Assembly (NCBI GenBank): GCA_021613535.1
Contig: CP075494.1
Coordinates: forward strand, 9,982,001-10,046,000
DNA length: 64,000 bases
Direction: 5' to 3'
Source: Adineta vaga
Taxonomy: Eukaryota > Animalia > Rotifera
In this document: positions 14,801-27,857 of the stretch, piece after piece
Layout of the letters: the number at the start of each line of letters is the position of its first letter
How positions within the stretch are numbered: position 1 is the first letter of the stretch
Notes under the pieces: generated by a model
What the model was told of the DNA's origin: nothing
The model's database searches: none
Seen by the model: the letters and a program-made list of their open reading frames with translations, nothing else
Program-made: the position numbers and the translations under genes

Positions 14801-15494
14801 TACCCGTACAATACTGGATGGATATATTCTTCAGTTCCAACTAACGATGTAAAAGCATTTTCACCTTCATTGATAAGTCTTGCTACACCTAGATCAGCTA
14901 ATTTATATGTTCGTTCACCATTTATATTAATTGATAACATGATATTATCCGGTTTGATATCTCGATGAATCTAAATATCACAATTATTTCTTATTCTCTC
15001 ATATAGAATTTCTCTCTCTTTCTGTGTCTTTCGCTCACTGTATTTTTGCCGTGTAAATATCTTAATGCATTTGTTAATTGCCGGAAAACTAGCATAAAAT
15101 CATCTTCACCTAATCCATAACGATTTTCTGGTAGTTCAAGAACGTTATTTAAACTTCCACCATTACAATATTCGATTAATAAAGCTTCACGATTATCTAA
15201 TGATTGCGAAGCATCAGATGACATAACTGGTTCTAATGCAATGTATCGAATAATATTTTCATGATCAGCTGCTTTAAGTATATCCATTTCTCGATCTAAT
15301 ATTGGTCGATAATCTCGATTTTGATTTGCTTTTCCATCGCCTGGTGTCGAGCGAGAATTCGATACAACTTGATAAACTTTAGCTGCAACTAATTCACCTG
15401 TTGATTTATTGTATGCTTTATATACTTGTGATGTAGCTCCACGTCCAAGAATATCTTGTAGAGCCCAAAGATAATGGCTGGTTTCTTCGCACAT
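11856..15494 (-). CDS. TBK1/IKK-epsilon-like Ser/Thr kinase with a C-terminal helical/coiled-coil region
   Basis: LGRGATSQVYKA, EYCNGGSLNNVLELPENRYGLGEDDF, HRDIKPDN, FTSLVGTEEYIHP, VDLWSFAVTLYQCATG, WSKTLPASCRLS; all IKK-related kinase signatures. Confidence 0.88.
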
Positions 15495-16103
15495 ATCTAA
15501 AATAATTTCTTTGATTGTAAATGAGTTTCTTTTTATATTTATTGATACAAATGAATCAGTTGCAGAGGAGGAAGAGAGGATTCCGTGCTTACAGGCACAC
15601 AGATGTGTAGAGGCAAAGAAAATATATTCGATTGGTCTTCCTAGATGTCACCAGTTTTTTCAAAAAAACATCAAATTGCAAACAGTCCTCGATCTAAGTT
15701 TGTGAATATTATTGTAAGATTATATAGCATCTGTTATTTAATTTCTATATTTAACTATATTTATTCATCAAATAGATAAGAAAAATGTTTTAGAACTAAT
15801 TCCTATATAATGTACATCTCATCCTATAGATTCACATATCAAAGGCTCGACATTCTACCTATTTTTATACAAAAACCTAGTGTATACTATCAGCAAGATG
15901 AGAGAGTATACATAATGAGCAACCACATTTCCTTATTGATCTAAGAGTTTGCTACAGAAGCCGTCTTTGTTTTGAAATATCTTATGAAATAATATGCAAT
16001 ATGGTGTCCCATCTATTTATTAATCGTAGGATAGATAAAGTAGATAACAATAAGGAAAAATAACTCAACATACACATAATTATGTGTAAAGTGATTATTG
16101 TAT

Positions 16104-16892
16104 TCATTGATCTGCTAAAAGATGTGCAGCGACTACTTCACCAATTTTAGCATAACCTTTAGCATTTGGATGAGCTGCATTACTAGAAGCAAAGAGGCCA
16201 TCAACAAATGGATCAGCCGAAAACATTTCATGTCCACGAAAAGCTGTTTTCACGGATTCGATAAAACCAATGTTAGCAGCTTGAGTGGATTTCTTCAATG
16301 TCTCTGTCAAGATATCCATTATTTTATGGCAACTAGCTTCATTTGGAATCTTGTTACCAACACTAATAAAATCAACATAAGGAAGAGCATAGATTTTTGT
16401 TCCTGGACGAGTAGCTGCTTTGATACGATGATAGGTGCTGATCAATTGAGGTTCAAGACTTTTAGCTTTTTGTGAAACAGAGGTCAGATCGTTTGCCAAA
16501 ATAACTTGCATAAGTGAACTAGCAACACCAAGATCATTGCCACCAATAGTGAAAATGACATGTGTTGCATTAGCTAATGCAGAAGCAGCTTTGATTAATT
16601 GACCTGGTATATCTTTCATCACTGCTCCACCTTTAGCGTGGTTGACTGCAGGCCATCCCAGGATTTTTCCAGCTACGATTGGATACGATTTTGATACACC
16701 ACCTGCACCACCAGCACCAGTGAATGAATCACCAATAGCGACGATAGATTTTCCACCTAAACAGATATCATTGTTATTCTAGCGTTGATTTTTCGTCAAC
16801 TAGAAAACAAAACAAATTGTGAGTAACTCACTTTGTTGATAAGATCCACCAATGAGACCCAATGAAATAAGGACAAAGAGTGAAGTTAACAT
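16104..16892 (-). CDS. Secreted SGNH/GDSL hydrolase (bacterial SEST-like esterase type), 2 exons; horizontal-transfer candidate
   Basis: Signal exon MLTSLFVLISLGLIGGSYQQ, phase-1 intron ~16831-16758, then IVAIGDSFTG (block I), TIGGNDLG (block III), AAHPNAKGY (block V). Confidence 0.85.
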
Positions 16893-16924
16893 GATATTAT
16901 CGACTGATCGAGTTGATAATCAGA

Positions 16925-17497
16925 ATAGAGGGATAACTAAGTTATACTGAAAATGTCTAATGCTTTTATACAAAGAATTACACTATCTATTTCCATTCTG
17001 TAAATGAATACACCTGTGATCATGCTGAAAACACTTCCATCTCGCAAGCGTTTGCACCAACGTGAAGGCGGAGAAATATCTTGTGTATGAGAAACGAAAG
17101 CGTATGGCTTTGAATGTAGATACTGAAGCACACTCTAACACAGGCCTATATTCACCTTGGTACATCGTGCTTTTGAGTTGTGAAGGGTTCGTAAGAACGT
17201 TATCTGTTGATGGTGGTACTCTCAAATGGCAGTATCAACATACTACGTCAGTCAAGTTTACCGTAGTATCTTGTTGGCTGCTACGAACAAATTAAATCTT
17301 TTCAATAGAACTAGTTATGTATTTTCAAGACAACGTTAACATATTGTTGTTGATGATTTTTTGATCTTAGCGAATTGATTCTTCAACATTTGTCAATGTC
17401 GAAAAAATTCTCGTTCTCAAAGAAATCATGTTTCTAAACTATCGGTAAACTAATTACAGATTCGTTTTCTCCATTCTCAATTGTCTTTTAGTGAAGT
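16925..17497 (-). repeat. Conserved upstream module, copy 1 (core ~16935-17240)
   Basis: Core is near-identical to 19103-19420 (same orientation) and 47123-47380 (inverted); distal 17380-17497 aligns with 46808-46955. Confidence 0.9.
16935..16970 (-). promoter_or_regulatory. TATA box plus Inr-like core promoter of the SGNH gene
   Basis: TATAAAAG at 16970-16963, TCAGT at 16950-16946 and TTAGTT at 16940-16935, ~50-80 nt upstream of the ATG at 16892; conserved in the copy at ~19115-19150. Confidence 0.6.
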
Positions 17498-18291
17498 AAA
17501 AACTAGATAGATAGACGCATATTTTTTTAAATTGATCCTATTAAAAATCTATTTTTTCGTTATTGTATTTCTGAAACTATAAGAATAGAAACATATTTGA
17601 AAGGGAAAAATAATATATATATATATATATGCGATTGAAATAGATGCTATAATGCAAATGGCAAAAAATCATGGTGATGTACCGAGTGATTCATTTATCT
17701 TCCCTTTTTTCTCTTCTTCTTCTTCTTCTTCTTCATAGAACATTCTTCACTCTTTTCGTATGTTTGTTGTTATGTTTTGTTCGAATAAACTCTTTATTGA
17801 ATTTCTTTATTTTTTGCAGTTATGTGTATGATTACACATAGATGAACACGTGTAACAATTCTTGTGGTTAAACTCGATGTGATATGTCTATCACACAAGT
17901 AGACAGACGTTTACAATATATATAGACGAACGTGCGCACAAGTCTACAATTGGATTTGTTTTCTTTTCAATTTTACAACTAAATTTCATATTCATCTCGA
18001 ATATCGATCGATTAAAATGTCGTCTACAACTACAAAACAATCGCCACCTATGATTTATAAATTACTTAATACGAAATCACAATTTCACCTTCAGCTTTAC
18101 AATAGTGTTACGAACAGAAAAGTAGGAGAAATTATGATAGCTTCGTTTGAAATATCCAACTGTTCTTTAGGAAGTTTTTGTGCCAATGTACGGTAACGAA
18201 GTACGATGGTATACACGTGGACTGGCTTTTTACGACGAATTCAGCATCGCGCATGCTCGGTATCGTATAATTTGATCGAAATTTCATATTG

Positions 18292-18484
18292 CCCAGGTCG
18301 AAAAGTCCTAGCCGGATACCGCCGGAACAGTCCGAGAAATTCCGATCGGAATACTGCTTCCATTGTCCTGGGTTTTCCGGTTGGAACCTTTTGCGACTGG
18401 CTGGAACTGTCCAGAATATCCTCGGAAAGGCGTGATTTCCGGCAGGTTTCGTGCGGATCCGTAGCCGGGAAGCATCTTCCTGGA
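18292..18484. mobile_element. GC-rich island, possible degraded MITE or interspersed repeat
   Basis: Abrupt GC rise in a very AT-rich background, CCCAGG...CCTGG ends, repeated CCGG/TTCCGG motifs; no clear target-site duplication. Confidence 0.4.
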
Positions 18485-18704
18485 TGTATATCTAATTTTT
18501 TATTCAAAGATATTTCATTCCATTGGATATCATTCGCCGTATTTTAACGAGTTACTTCGGATATGATGTTATGTTTTGCATGAATATGAATGATATTGAG
18601 AATAAAGTACTTTACTATTAATAAAATGTTTATGCATTCTATCGAATTTTTATTTGAAGATCATTGAGCGATCGCGTGAAGAGAATTTGATTATCTCAAA
18701 TGAT

Positions 18705-19012
18705 ATGTCCAATTCGTCGAGCATCGTAAATAGGTTGAGAGATTTGCCATTTTCCGTTCAAGTAAGTTACTACACGAAAAAGAAGCAATATAAATTTGTT
18801 TTTCTATTTTGCAGAATAATAGTAGTCGAAATGATCGTGTTCGATCTTCTTCAAACAGCTTTTCTTCATCAAAAATCAAATCACTTGATGCTAAATACTT
18901 TTTTAATCAAAGTAGTCAATTTGAAAAACGGTTTATTAGAGATTTAAACAAGTATGATGTTTTACCTCCAACTATTGGTACACGTACAAGTGATTATGTG
19001 AAAAATCAATAG
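18705..19012 (+). CDS. Small uncharacterised protein (~84 aa), 2 exons
   Basis: MSNSSSIVNRLRDLPFSVQ, intron 18762-18814 (GTAAGT...GCAG), in-frame second exon ending YDVLPPTIGTRTSDYVKNQ. Confidence 0.5.
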
Positions 19013-19102
19013 AATTCATTGAAAAAATTATTCAAAACAACTATGCATATGTACTAAATTCCTCAATCTATTTCGATTTATTTAAATTCAATGAACATCG
19101 TG

Positions 19103-19505
19103 GATAGAGAGATAACTAAGCTATACTGAAAGCGTCTAATGCTTTTATACAAAGAATTACACTATCTATTTCCATTCTGTAAATGAATACACCTGTGATC
19201 ATGCTGAAAACACCTCCATCTCGCAAACGTATGCAACCAACGTGAAGGCGGAGAAATATCTTGTGTATGAGAAACGAAAGCGTATGGCTTTGAATGTAGA
19301 TACTGAAGCACACTCTAAAACTGGCTTATACTCATCTTGGTACATTTTGCTTTTGAGTTGTGAAGGGTTTGTAAGAACGTTATCTACTGATGGTGGTACT
19401 GACAAATGGCAGTATCAACATATCAAGTCGGCCAAGTTTATTCTGGCATCTATTGTTATATCATTCACAGAGAAATGAAAATAAGAACATATGCCACCGA
19501 ATCTT
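19103..19505 (-). repeat. Conserved upstream module, copy 2 (with TATA, no downstream SGNH CDS)
   Basis: Direct repeat of 16925-17240; distal part to ~19503 aligns with 47041-47120. Confidence 0.9.
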
Positions 19506-19947
19506 GTTTCTCGAATAGTAGTAGTGAGCAACAGAAGCAAATTATCTGTACTATCTTAAATCAAAATGAAACAGCCACTACTCATATATTTTCTTTAGAT
19601 TATATGTTGAAAACTCACTAATAGCTGGTTGAATAAAGTGTGAATCATGTTGAAGTTATTGATACTCATTGTTTCGGTAGTGAATTTTATGTCATGATTT
19701 TGTTTCTTGGATATTATCATTAATATTCCTGACAATCTAAATCATGAAAGTACTTTAAAACAATTTATTGACGTATAAAACCATGCTATAAACATGTTGA
19801 TGACTTGTATCGAAGTAAACGAATTTTCTTTTATGAGATGACCTTCAACAATCATAATGATAAGACATTATAATATTATATTACTCTCTTTCTCTTTTCG
19901 ACAGTATAAAAATGAACAATTTGTCTAAAACAAATCACACGATCACA

Positions 19948-20190
19948 ATGCAACTGACAACAATCTTCGCTATTTTCTTTGCCTGCTTGGTTTTATTTGC
20001 ATCTGTGGATTATACCAACGGTGGTGCTGTCAAAGGTAAACGACCTGCTAATCATCCTAATTCATTCGCTAAACGCAATGGTCAACCTGTTGTTTATCAG
20101 AATGATATGAAAATGTATGGTCGTCGTCAATTTTCTGGTCGTCAAATTGTTGAATCGATTAAACAACGACGAGCACGTCAAAATCTATAA
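19948..20190 (+). CDS. Putative neuropeptide precursor (80 aa), intronless
   Basis: TATAAA at 19905, signal peptide MQLTTIFAIFFACLVLFASVDYTNG, cleavage sites KR, KR, GRR and RR. Confidence 0.72.
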   Translation: MQLTTIFAIFFACLVLFASVDYTNGGAVKGKRPANHPNSFAKRNGQPVVYQNDMKMYGRRQFSGRQIVESIKQRRARQNL

Positions 20191-20504
20191 CATTATTCTT
20201 CCTTTTGCTTTATATGATTAAAAATTTATTTGAAGAAAAAAACCTTTTTCAGCTTATTGACAAAATTAATAAAAAGAACAAGAAGAAGAAGAAGAGAATA
20301 AATAAGAGAAAAAAAACTGTATTAAATTCAATGAGAGTGAGAGAGGGAAAATCTTGAAATAAACGATTTTAAGATCGTTTAAAGTTTTATCCTTTTTTTT
20401 GATCATAATAAATATTTTCGTTTCTAGAATATATTTTCTTTTCGACAAAATCATATGCCTTCCATTCTCGATGAACATTTTGTTAGTTATGTATATGCAT
20501 ATGT

Positions 20505-22591
20505 CTAGAATGAAAAGAAACAGAAGATAGGCATTGAACGTCTTCCATCAGATAATACCGTTTTTTGTTGACACTCTTGTATGATCACTTCATCTGAACT
20601 TGACGAACTTGTTGATGAACTTGGACTAAGACCATTACCAGTTGCACATGGAATATTATTGATGCCACGTTGTTGACAATGATTACAATTTGTTTCTCCA
20701 GGAATGTATTTAACTTTCACAGGAGTTGTAGATGATCGGCCAATATTTTTATAGAAACGTTCGAATGCATCGAGAATTTTTTCTGCAGAACGATTATGAC
20801 GTTCACCAACATTAGTATAGATTTCGTTATTATTTGATTGATTAAGATTTAAATCTGGTGGATTGATTGAAGCAGGATGAGGACCATTTAAATCGCGAAG
20901 TTGTTGATTTTGCGGTGGTAAAACCTCTTGTGCATGAGAGAATAAATGTTGAACGGGTGGAGGCGGTGGAACAAGTTGACGAGCTTGGACACGTGCTGCA
21001 GCAGCATGAGCCAATTGTGCTAATTGAGCAGCAGTATCTTCACGTGGTTGTTTAGCTGTTTGAATTGGAATAGGTTTTACTTCTTGTTCAGGAACTTGAT
21101 TAGTAGTTACACATGCACTAGAAAAACAAGAGAAAACAAATCTAATCGATCATATTAAATAAGATTGTTTTTTTTTCTTACCAATCACAAGGATTATTTT
21201 CTTGTGGTTTTGGACTTTGGCTTGGTGCTTTCTGATAATGCACTCTATGTTGTCGTTCAGAAACTTTACTTGATTGACGATGTTGAAGATGATGATGAGA
21301 TCGACCTTGATGAGAATTAACGTGACTACTTGATCGTCGATTATGTTGTTTTTTTGGTGAAATATCACGAGCATGTTCACCATGACCATTATTTATTTCA
21401 ACGATGACAGGTGTTTGACGTGGTGATCGATTTCCATGACGTTTTGTTCGATGTTTTTTTAAATTGAAATCATCTTGCGTCGATGTATCAACATGATGTA
21501 ATGTCGTCTTATGAATTTTCTTTTGTAAATTATGTAATTCATTTTCTAATGCATGAATATGTGAACGTAAGCGTTGAATTTCACGTTCAAATGAAGTGTT
21601 AACTCCGTTTGTATTCGGTTGTGGTGCATGTGTTGTTTGAGCCTGATAATGAGTTCCAGGTTGATAGTAATTTGACGGATGATAAGGACTATAGGGTGCA
21701 TAGGCACTAGAGTACGGTCGATCACCAGGAGCTAAAGGCACTTGATGATTATCTTCATGATGAACTCGTGATGGACGTTTACTATGTTTATAATAAACAT
21801 CATCTCGTCGAGAAGATTCTTCATGAATTTGATAATGACTATTAAAGAGAGGTTGCTGATGAGACTAGAAAAAATAAGAAAATTCAATATTCATATTCTT
21901 TTTTTAGATGTTCGAAAGAATTTGCTAATCAGAAATTACTCGTTTTTGTGAATTTGATGGTGCTTGCGGTTGTTGATTACGTTGTTGTCCTCTTCTTTTT
22001 GAACGTGATTTACGTTTGTTATAATCATGAAAATTTTGTGATTCTTCAATACCTTGAGGTATATCATTATTCGTAGGTTTAAAACCATGAACTTTCGAAT
22101 CATGATCATTAGCATGTGTTTCCTCAGGTTTCAAACGACTTTTCGATGGAGGTGTTGGACTTCTATTAAGATCTTCAGATGTTTTCATTTCATCAGAATA
22201 TAAGCTTTGATCAGCTGCACCATTTGGAGACATACATGTACGACGATGATAACGTTTACCTATACATTCAAAATTGATATTCGATAGTTTCTCAATTTTT
22301 TTACAAGAAAATCTTACATTTCGAATCATGATTATTACAATATTCATGATGTTGATAAGGGGGTTGTCGAGAATGTTTTGAGTTTCGTCGAGTTGGTGTT
22401 GCTGCATATGGACCATTAGCTGATGGATTTGGTTGACTTGATGCTGGTGCAGATCGTTCACGTGCCGGAGGAACAAAAGCATTATAACCAGTATAAGCTG
22501 ATTGATAGAGTGATGACGGCGCTTGTTGTGGTTGTTGTTGTCCAGGATATTGGAAACTCATAGGAACTGGTTTGAAAGGACCTGGATACAT
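20505..22591 (-). CDS. Uncharacterised low-complexity Pro/Gln/His/Arg-rich protein with a short coiled coil, ~4 exons
   Basis: Consecutive ORFs joined by short GT-AG introns; coiled coil FEREIQRLRSHIHALENELHNLQKK; no family recognised. Confidence 0.65.
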
Positions 22592-24582
22592 GGTGTCAAT
22601 CAATAAGAATAGACACTCGATCTAAAAATAGACTATGCCTATACAAACAAATCGAGAAATAAAAATAAACGATAGTTTGATGTAGTTACTCAGTTCATAT
22701 TCAAACAAAGAATGTACAAGAAGAAAAAGATTTTTCTTGACAATTTCTTCTTTTTTTTTGTCCTTACGGTTATCAATATATGATTGAAAAGTCTTTTGAT
22801 TGAAGAAATTCCTTGAATAATGTAATGACAAGTTAATGTAATTTTGTTCATCAATACTCAAAAGATCTCATTGAGACCTTCGTTTACCTATTCACGCGTC
22901 GACAATTGTTACGTGAATTTGTTGTGCTCATTGAGAAAAAAGAAAAGAAAAAGTCGTACACGAATAAAATTCGTTACAGTTAGAACAAGAGAATGAACGA
23001 AAGCATATCTAATTGAGTCAATGACATATAAAGTTCGTGTATTTGTCATAGAATGTATATTTCTTTTATTTAATTATTCGAAAAAGTGAGGCAACTAACA
23101 GTACAGACGCGTCGCTTCATCGATATTCAATGACAGGATTAAAATGTTAGAAATTCAATTCCTTTTTTAATTCTTCTCCTCCTTTCTCTCTCGTTATGGT
23201 TGAACGAACATTTAACATTGTGTATTGAAATTGTTTTACACTTTACAAAGTATGAACGATACAACAAATTATTATCAACTTAAATATAGATAATTGTTCG
23301 TTATATAAATTAATTGTCAACTAAAGAAAAAGTTTTTTTTTCCCATTTATTCAGAAATTTCTGATCAATTTCATTCTTATGTAGTAAAAGTATCATGGCC
23401 GATAATGAAAGATAGACAAGGTCTTTGTTATGGTCTAGACAATAGAGAAAATCTAATTGTGATTCTTTGACTTCCAAACGTTCCTTTGGTTGAGGTCGTA
23501 CACTTTATACAGAACTAACTGTAAAATATAATGAAAAAAAAGAATGTCACACAACTATTGTTCATTCATTTGTAACCTAGAAGCTCTTTAATGGTTATTT
23601 AATTCAAATCATCTATGAGATGCATCATTTCGAGCAATTGATAGAAAATATATCTAATACGATCGAATTTCAATCGATGACATAGGAGAAAAAAATGAAT
23701 ATCTACCTATTAAATACAATTGTTCGTTATGAACTGATTACAATTCAAAGAACAATACAATTGAATTGAATTGTATTGAAAAAATCGTGACATGAACACA
23801 TAACTAATAGAATTGTTTTTAATTATTGGAATGTTAATATTCTAATCTTTTTCAATTCTCTCAATACTTAGTTTCTGCATCGCATTGTATTTCCCTTCTG
23901 ATTTGAATTATTGTCATGTCGTCAATAATTTGATCTTTACACGACAATAGTTAAATGCGTAGTCTCAGCTCTATTTATTTCATTATCTTCGAACAATAAT
24001 TTGATTAATTTGAATCAAACATTTTCTTACTTAGTATTAGACTATTTCAACGAAAATTATTGTTAATTACTTTATCTATAAATATATATATTAAAATTTG
24101 AATGTTTTCATCTGGAAATAATTGACATACAATCCAAGTCAAATCTGTAATGGTTTGTATGCATGTCTACTATCAATTTCTTCTTTTGAATGTATTCGCA
24201 TACAAAAAACTTGCTTGACTGGAAATTTTTGACAGAAGAATTGCAGAAGTCATTGTAGCTCAGTTTTCTTCTTCTTTCGTCAATATTGAAGTAATATCTA
24301 ATTGTGATTTCTATCTCACATATTGATCACTACTCTAACAAGACATTTGTTCTTGTTCTATGAACAAAACTCACCGGATTTTTTTTGTATATCGTCATTA
24401 ACATTCTTTCCTGTCTTTTCTTTTCTCTTTCCGGTGAAAAGCGCTTTTATTTCAGCGTATTTTCTCTTGATTTGGAATAATTAATTGCTAAGCAGTGCAT
24501 TGGCTTTTTTCCATCTCGTTCTTTCCTCTCATGCGGTTTCTTTTATTCTTCTTCTTCTTTTCACTAAAACAATGCGAATGAT

Positions 24583-27500
24583 ATGTTCACTAGATCGATT
24601 AGTATGATTGAAGAAGCAGCGTATCCGTTATTACACAAACGATTTATTAAGCGACATCATGTTAAGTTTGTAATTCGAATTTTGGTCGGATTGGCCTTAG
24701 CACATCTTATTGGAGTACAATTTCGACCAAGTTATGCTGCCGTTTCATCGACACGAAAACATCGATTGACAAAAACAACGATTAAAAATGGTGAGAATAC
24801 ATTTCGAATGTCAAATGCAATTTTCTTTCGCTTGCGTTTAGAAATATCTACGGAAGGAAAATCTTCTACGACAATTACTAGTTGGCCATCTGCTCAGATT
24901 AAAAATTGTACTGAACCTAGTAAGTATCATTTAAAATCCTGCTTATATATGGATAGAGAGTTTTTTTTCTTCTCTCTTAACTAAAGCTATCAAGGAATTT
25001 CCTGACGATCTCTTTAGTCAATCTCAACGACGTCACGTAAATAAATGCGCATATTATAAATTGCATAAATGAATGATTTTTCTAGGGAGCAATTTTCTTC
25101 CATTTATTAGCTTGTATTTATACTTTCACGGCGATTGCAATCGTTGTTGATGAATATTTTATTGCTGCACTTGACAAACTTTGTTCGGTAGATAGTATTA
25201 GAAAAGTTTAGATTGATAAATATAATTGACGTATAGACATTAAATCTTGACGAAGATGTTGCTGGTGCAACATTTATGGCTGGTGGATCATCATCACCAG
25301 AACTGTTTACTGCACTTATCGGTAAGAAAATTAAAGACAACAGTTTTTGAATAAATTCGATGGATATTGAAAATTTAGGAATATTTGTGGCGAAAGGCGA
25401 TGTGGGTGTAGGAACTATTGTCGGTTCAGCAGTGTTTAATATCGTATGTGTTATTGGTATTTGTGGTTTATTTGTTAATGAAGTATGTTTTACAATGAAG
25501 TATATGTGAATAAGTATTGAAATTATTTCATTCTAGGCTATTCGATTGACTTGGTGGTATGTAGATTGATTAGTATAAATTTAGGCGTTATTTTTATTCC
25601 ATTTAAATTGATTTCTATTAATCAAAGTCATTGTCGTAAACATAAAAAAGATGAATATTGATTATTGTCGCTCTGTCCGTTTATTATGAATAGATAAACA
25701 TTAATTTATTTTTCGATATAAATTCTCATCTATCATCAATATTCAAGGAAATAACTTAGTTGTGTTCCCTCTTGATTTTTTCGAGGTTTGTTTTTCTTAT
25801 CTCAAAATAGTAATCATCTTCAATTATCAAAAGACGGAAATTGTCCTTTGGGAAAGCATTCTTTTTACACAAAGTCAACTGTGATCTAAAGTGACAAATC
25901 GATGTATTCAAATTCATGATCATCTTCAATGGATCAGAAAAAAATTAAATTGTAATTTTGTTTTCTCATATAGGCCATTATGTCGAGATTCGATTTATTA
26001 TTCTTTTTCAGTTTTGGTTCTCATTATTGTAAGTTAGATTCAAACATTACATTAAGATCATGTATTTTTCTCTTTTCCTAATGAATAGTGTTTATCCGAT
26101 AGTCGAATAACATTATTTGAATCAGTAATTCTTCTAATTATGTATGCAGGATATATTATGATTATGTGGTAAAGTAAATTTTCATTTGTCTTTATTTCGC
26201 TAAAATTCTATTTCATTTCGATAGTAATAATCAAAAATTACAACGCTTAATAGTACAGCGATGGCAAGTATTTCAAACATTCAATGCACCTGAAGAACCA
26301 ATTATAAATTATGCACATACACAAAAGACTTATGGAATGGCAAATAATGATCGTTAGTTATAATTAGAGTTTCCAGGAAAACATTGTTTGTCTAATTTGT
26401 AGAAGAATATGTAAGAGAAATAGGCACTTTGTCTAGAATTCCAATTGATAATCTTATCGCTATGTCGCGTGTTTCAATGGATTTTCGAACGATGATATTT
26501 AAACTAATGATGACAAAACATTTTCAAGGACGTACGAGATTTCAAATGGCTGTTCGATTTGTTATTAGCCAAGTAGGAATTTTTAGAAAAGTAATAGATT
26601 AGAATTTCGTTTTATTTATTTTTCTCTAGACGAAATTACGAGCAGGGCAAGGTGTCATTCGTCCACAAAAACCGATGAATGAAAGACGATTCTCATTCTA
26701 TCAAGGTCGAACAGCAAGGTATGTTTTTGTTGAATATATAACTGACGGGGCAATTACTTTTTAATTTGTATTGATTTAGTTTATTAGCAACAGATTCAAA
26801 TTATAATGCCTGGAAGAATATTCCGAATCACAACTATGATCCCGTTGGTTTTGCTAAATGGACATTTCTTGCGCCAATTAAAATTCTTTATCATTTTACA
26901 ATTCCAGATTGTCGAGATCCAAGGTAAAGAAAGTATTTCATTTTAATAGCTCCAAATCAATAGATAATCGATATAGACGATCTCATTGGTTTCCATTAAC
27001 ATTTGCAATGGCCATATTTTGGTTATCGGTATTGACTTATTTTATGGTTTGGATGGTAACAGTGATTGGTTATACATTTGGTATACCAGATAGTATTATG
27101 GGCATAACATTTCTTGCTGCTGGAAGTAGTATTCCAGATGCACTTAGTAGTGTATTAGTTGTTCGTCAAGGTATGTATGAATATACTTAAAAGAGTTTGA
27201 TGAATGTCATTCGCTGGATTATAATTAGGTCTTGTGGATATGGGTGTTTCAAATACATTTGGCTCGAATGTATTTGATTTATTAATTGGACTTGCTTTGC
27301 CATGGTTTTTTAAAACATTAATCAGTGGCGAAGCAGTACATATTAATTCCAATGGGCTTATGTACGATTCGGTCTTACTTCTTGGTATCGTTGCTGTAAC
27401 AGTAAGAGCAAAGAAACGATAAAGTTTTCATGAAATACATCTTGTAATTTTAGGTATTGAGTATTCATGGTAGAAAATGGTATTTAGATAAATTTTTAGG

Positions 27501-27600
27501 TAGTTTTTTTCTTGCTGTTTATGGAATATTCGTGATTTTTTCATTGTTAATTGAAATGAATGTTTTTGGTTTTGTCAATCCACCAATGTGTCGAACATAA
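24583..27600 (+). CDS. K+-dependent Na+/Ca2+ exchanger (NCKX/SLC24)
   Basis: Alpha-1 repeat [18 protein letters not shown] and [12 protein letters not shown]; alpha-2 repeat [14 protein letters not shown] and [15 protein letters not shown]; C-terminal FVNPPMCRT. Confidence 0.92.
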
Positions 27601-27857
27601 ATTTTCCTTTGATTACATCAAATACATATCGTTTTTTGTTCTTATTGTTGTTGTCATCAATAAAATATATTTAAATAATAATCTATAATTGGAATTGGGG
27701 ATCTTACTTACTAAGAAAGAGAGAGACATCTATCGTTTTGTTTCTGATTGGTATCTATAGCTTACGACACGACCAGATCAGGTTCAGGACTTCGTTGTAT
27801 TATTGTAATGACAAACCAGATTTAATTTAGTCAAATTGTCTCACGAAACTTATTCAA

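Noticed and set aside
16104-16892. Bacterial-like genes as assembly contamination
   Set aside because: SGNH and the methyltransferase carry spliceosomal introns, all three candidates have host-like AT-rich composition, and they are interleaved with metazoan genes
16937-17295. Repeated short ORFs (MYQDEYRPVLECAS..., VKAEKYLVYEKRKR...) in the three-copy module as a small protein family
   Set aside because: Copies differ by a frameshift and a stop, starts are inconsistent, and a hand count gives the same 5 synonymous versus 7 non-synonymous changes on both strands, so there is no convincing coding signal; the position matches a promoter
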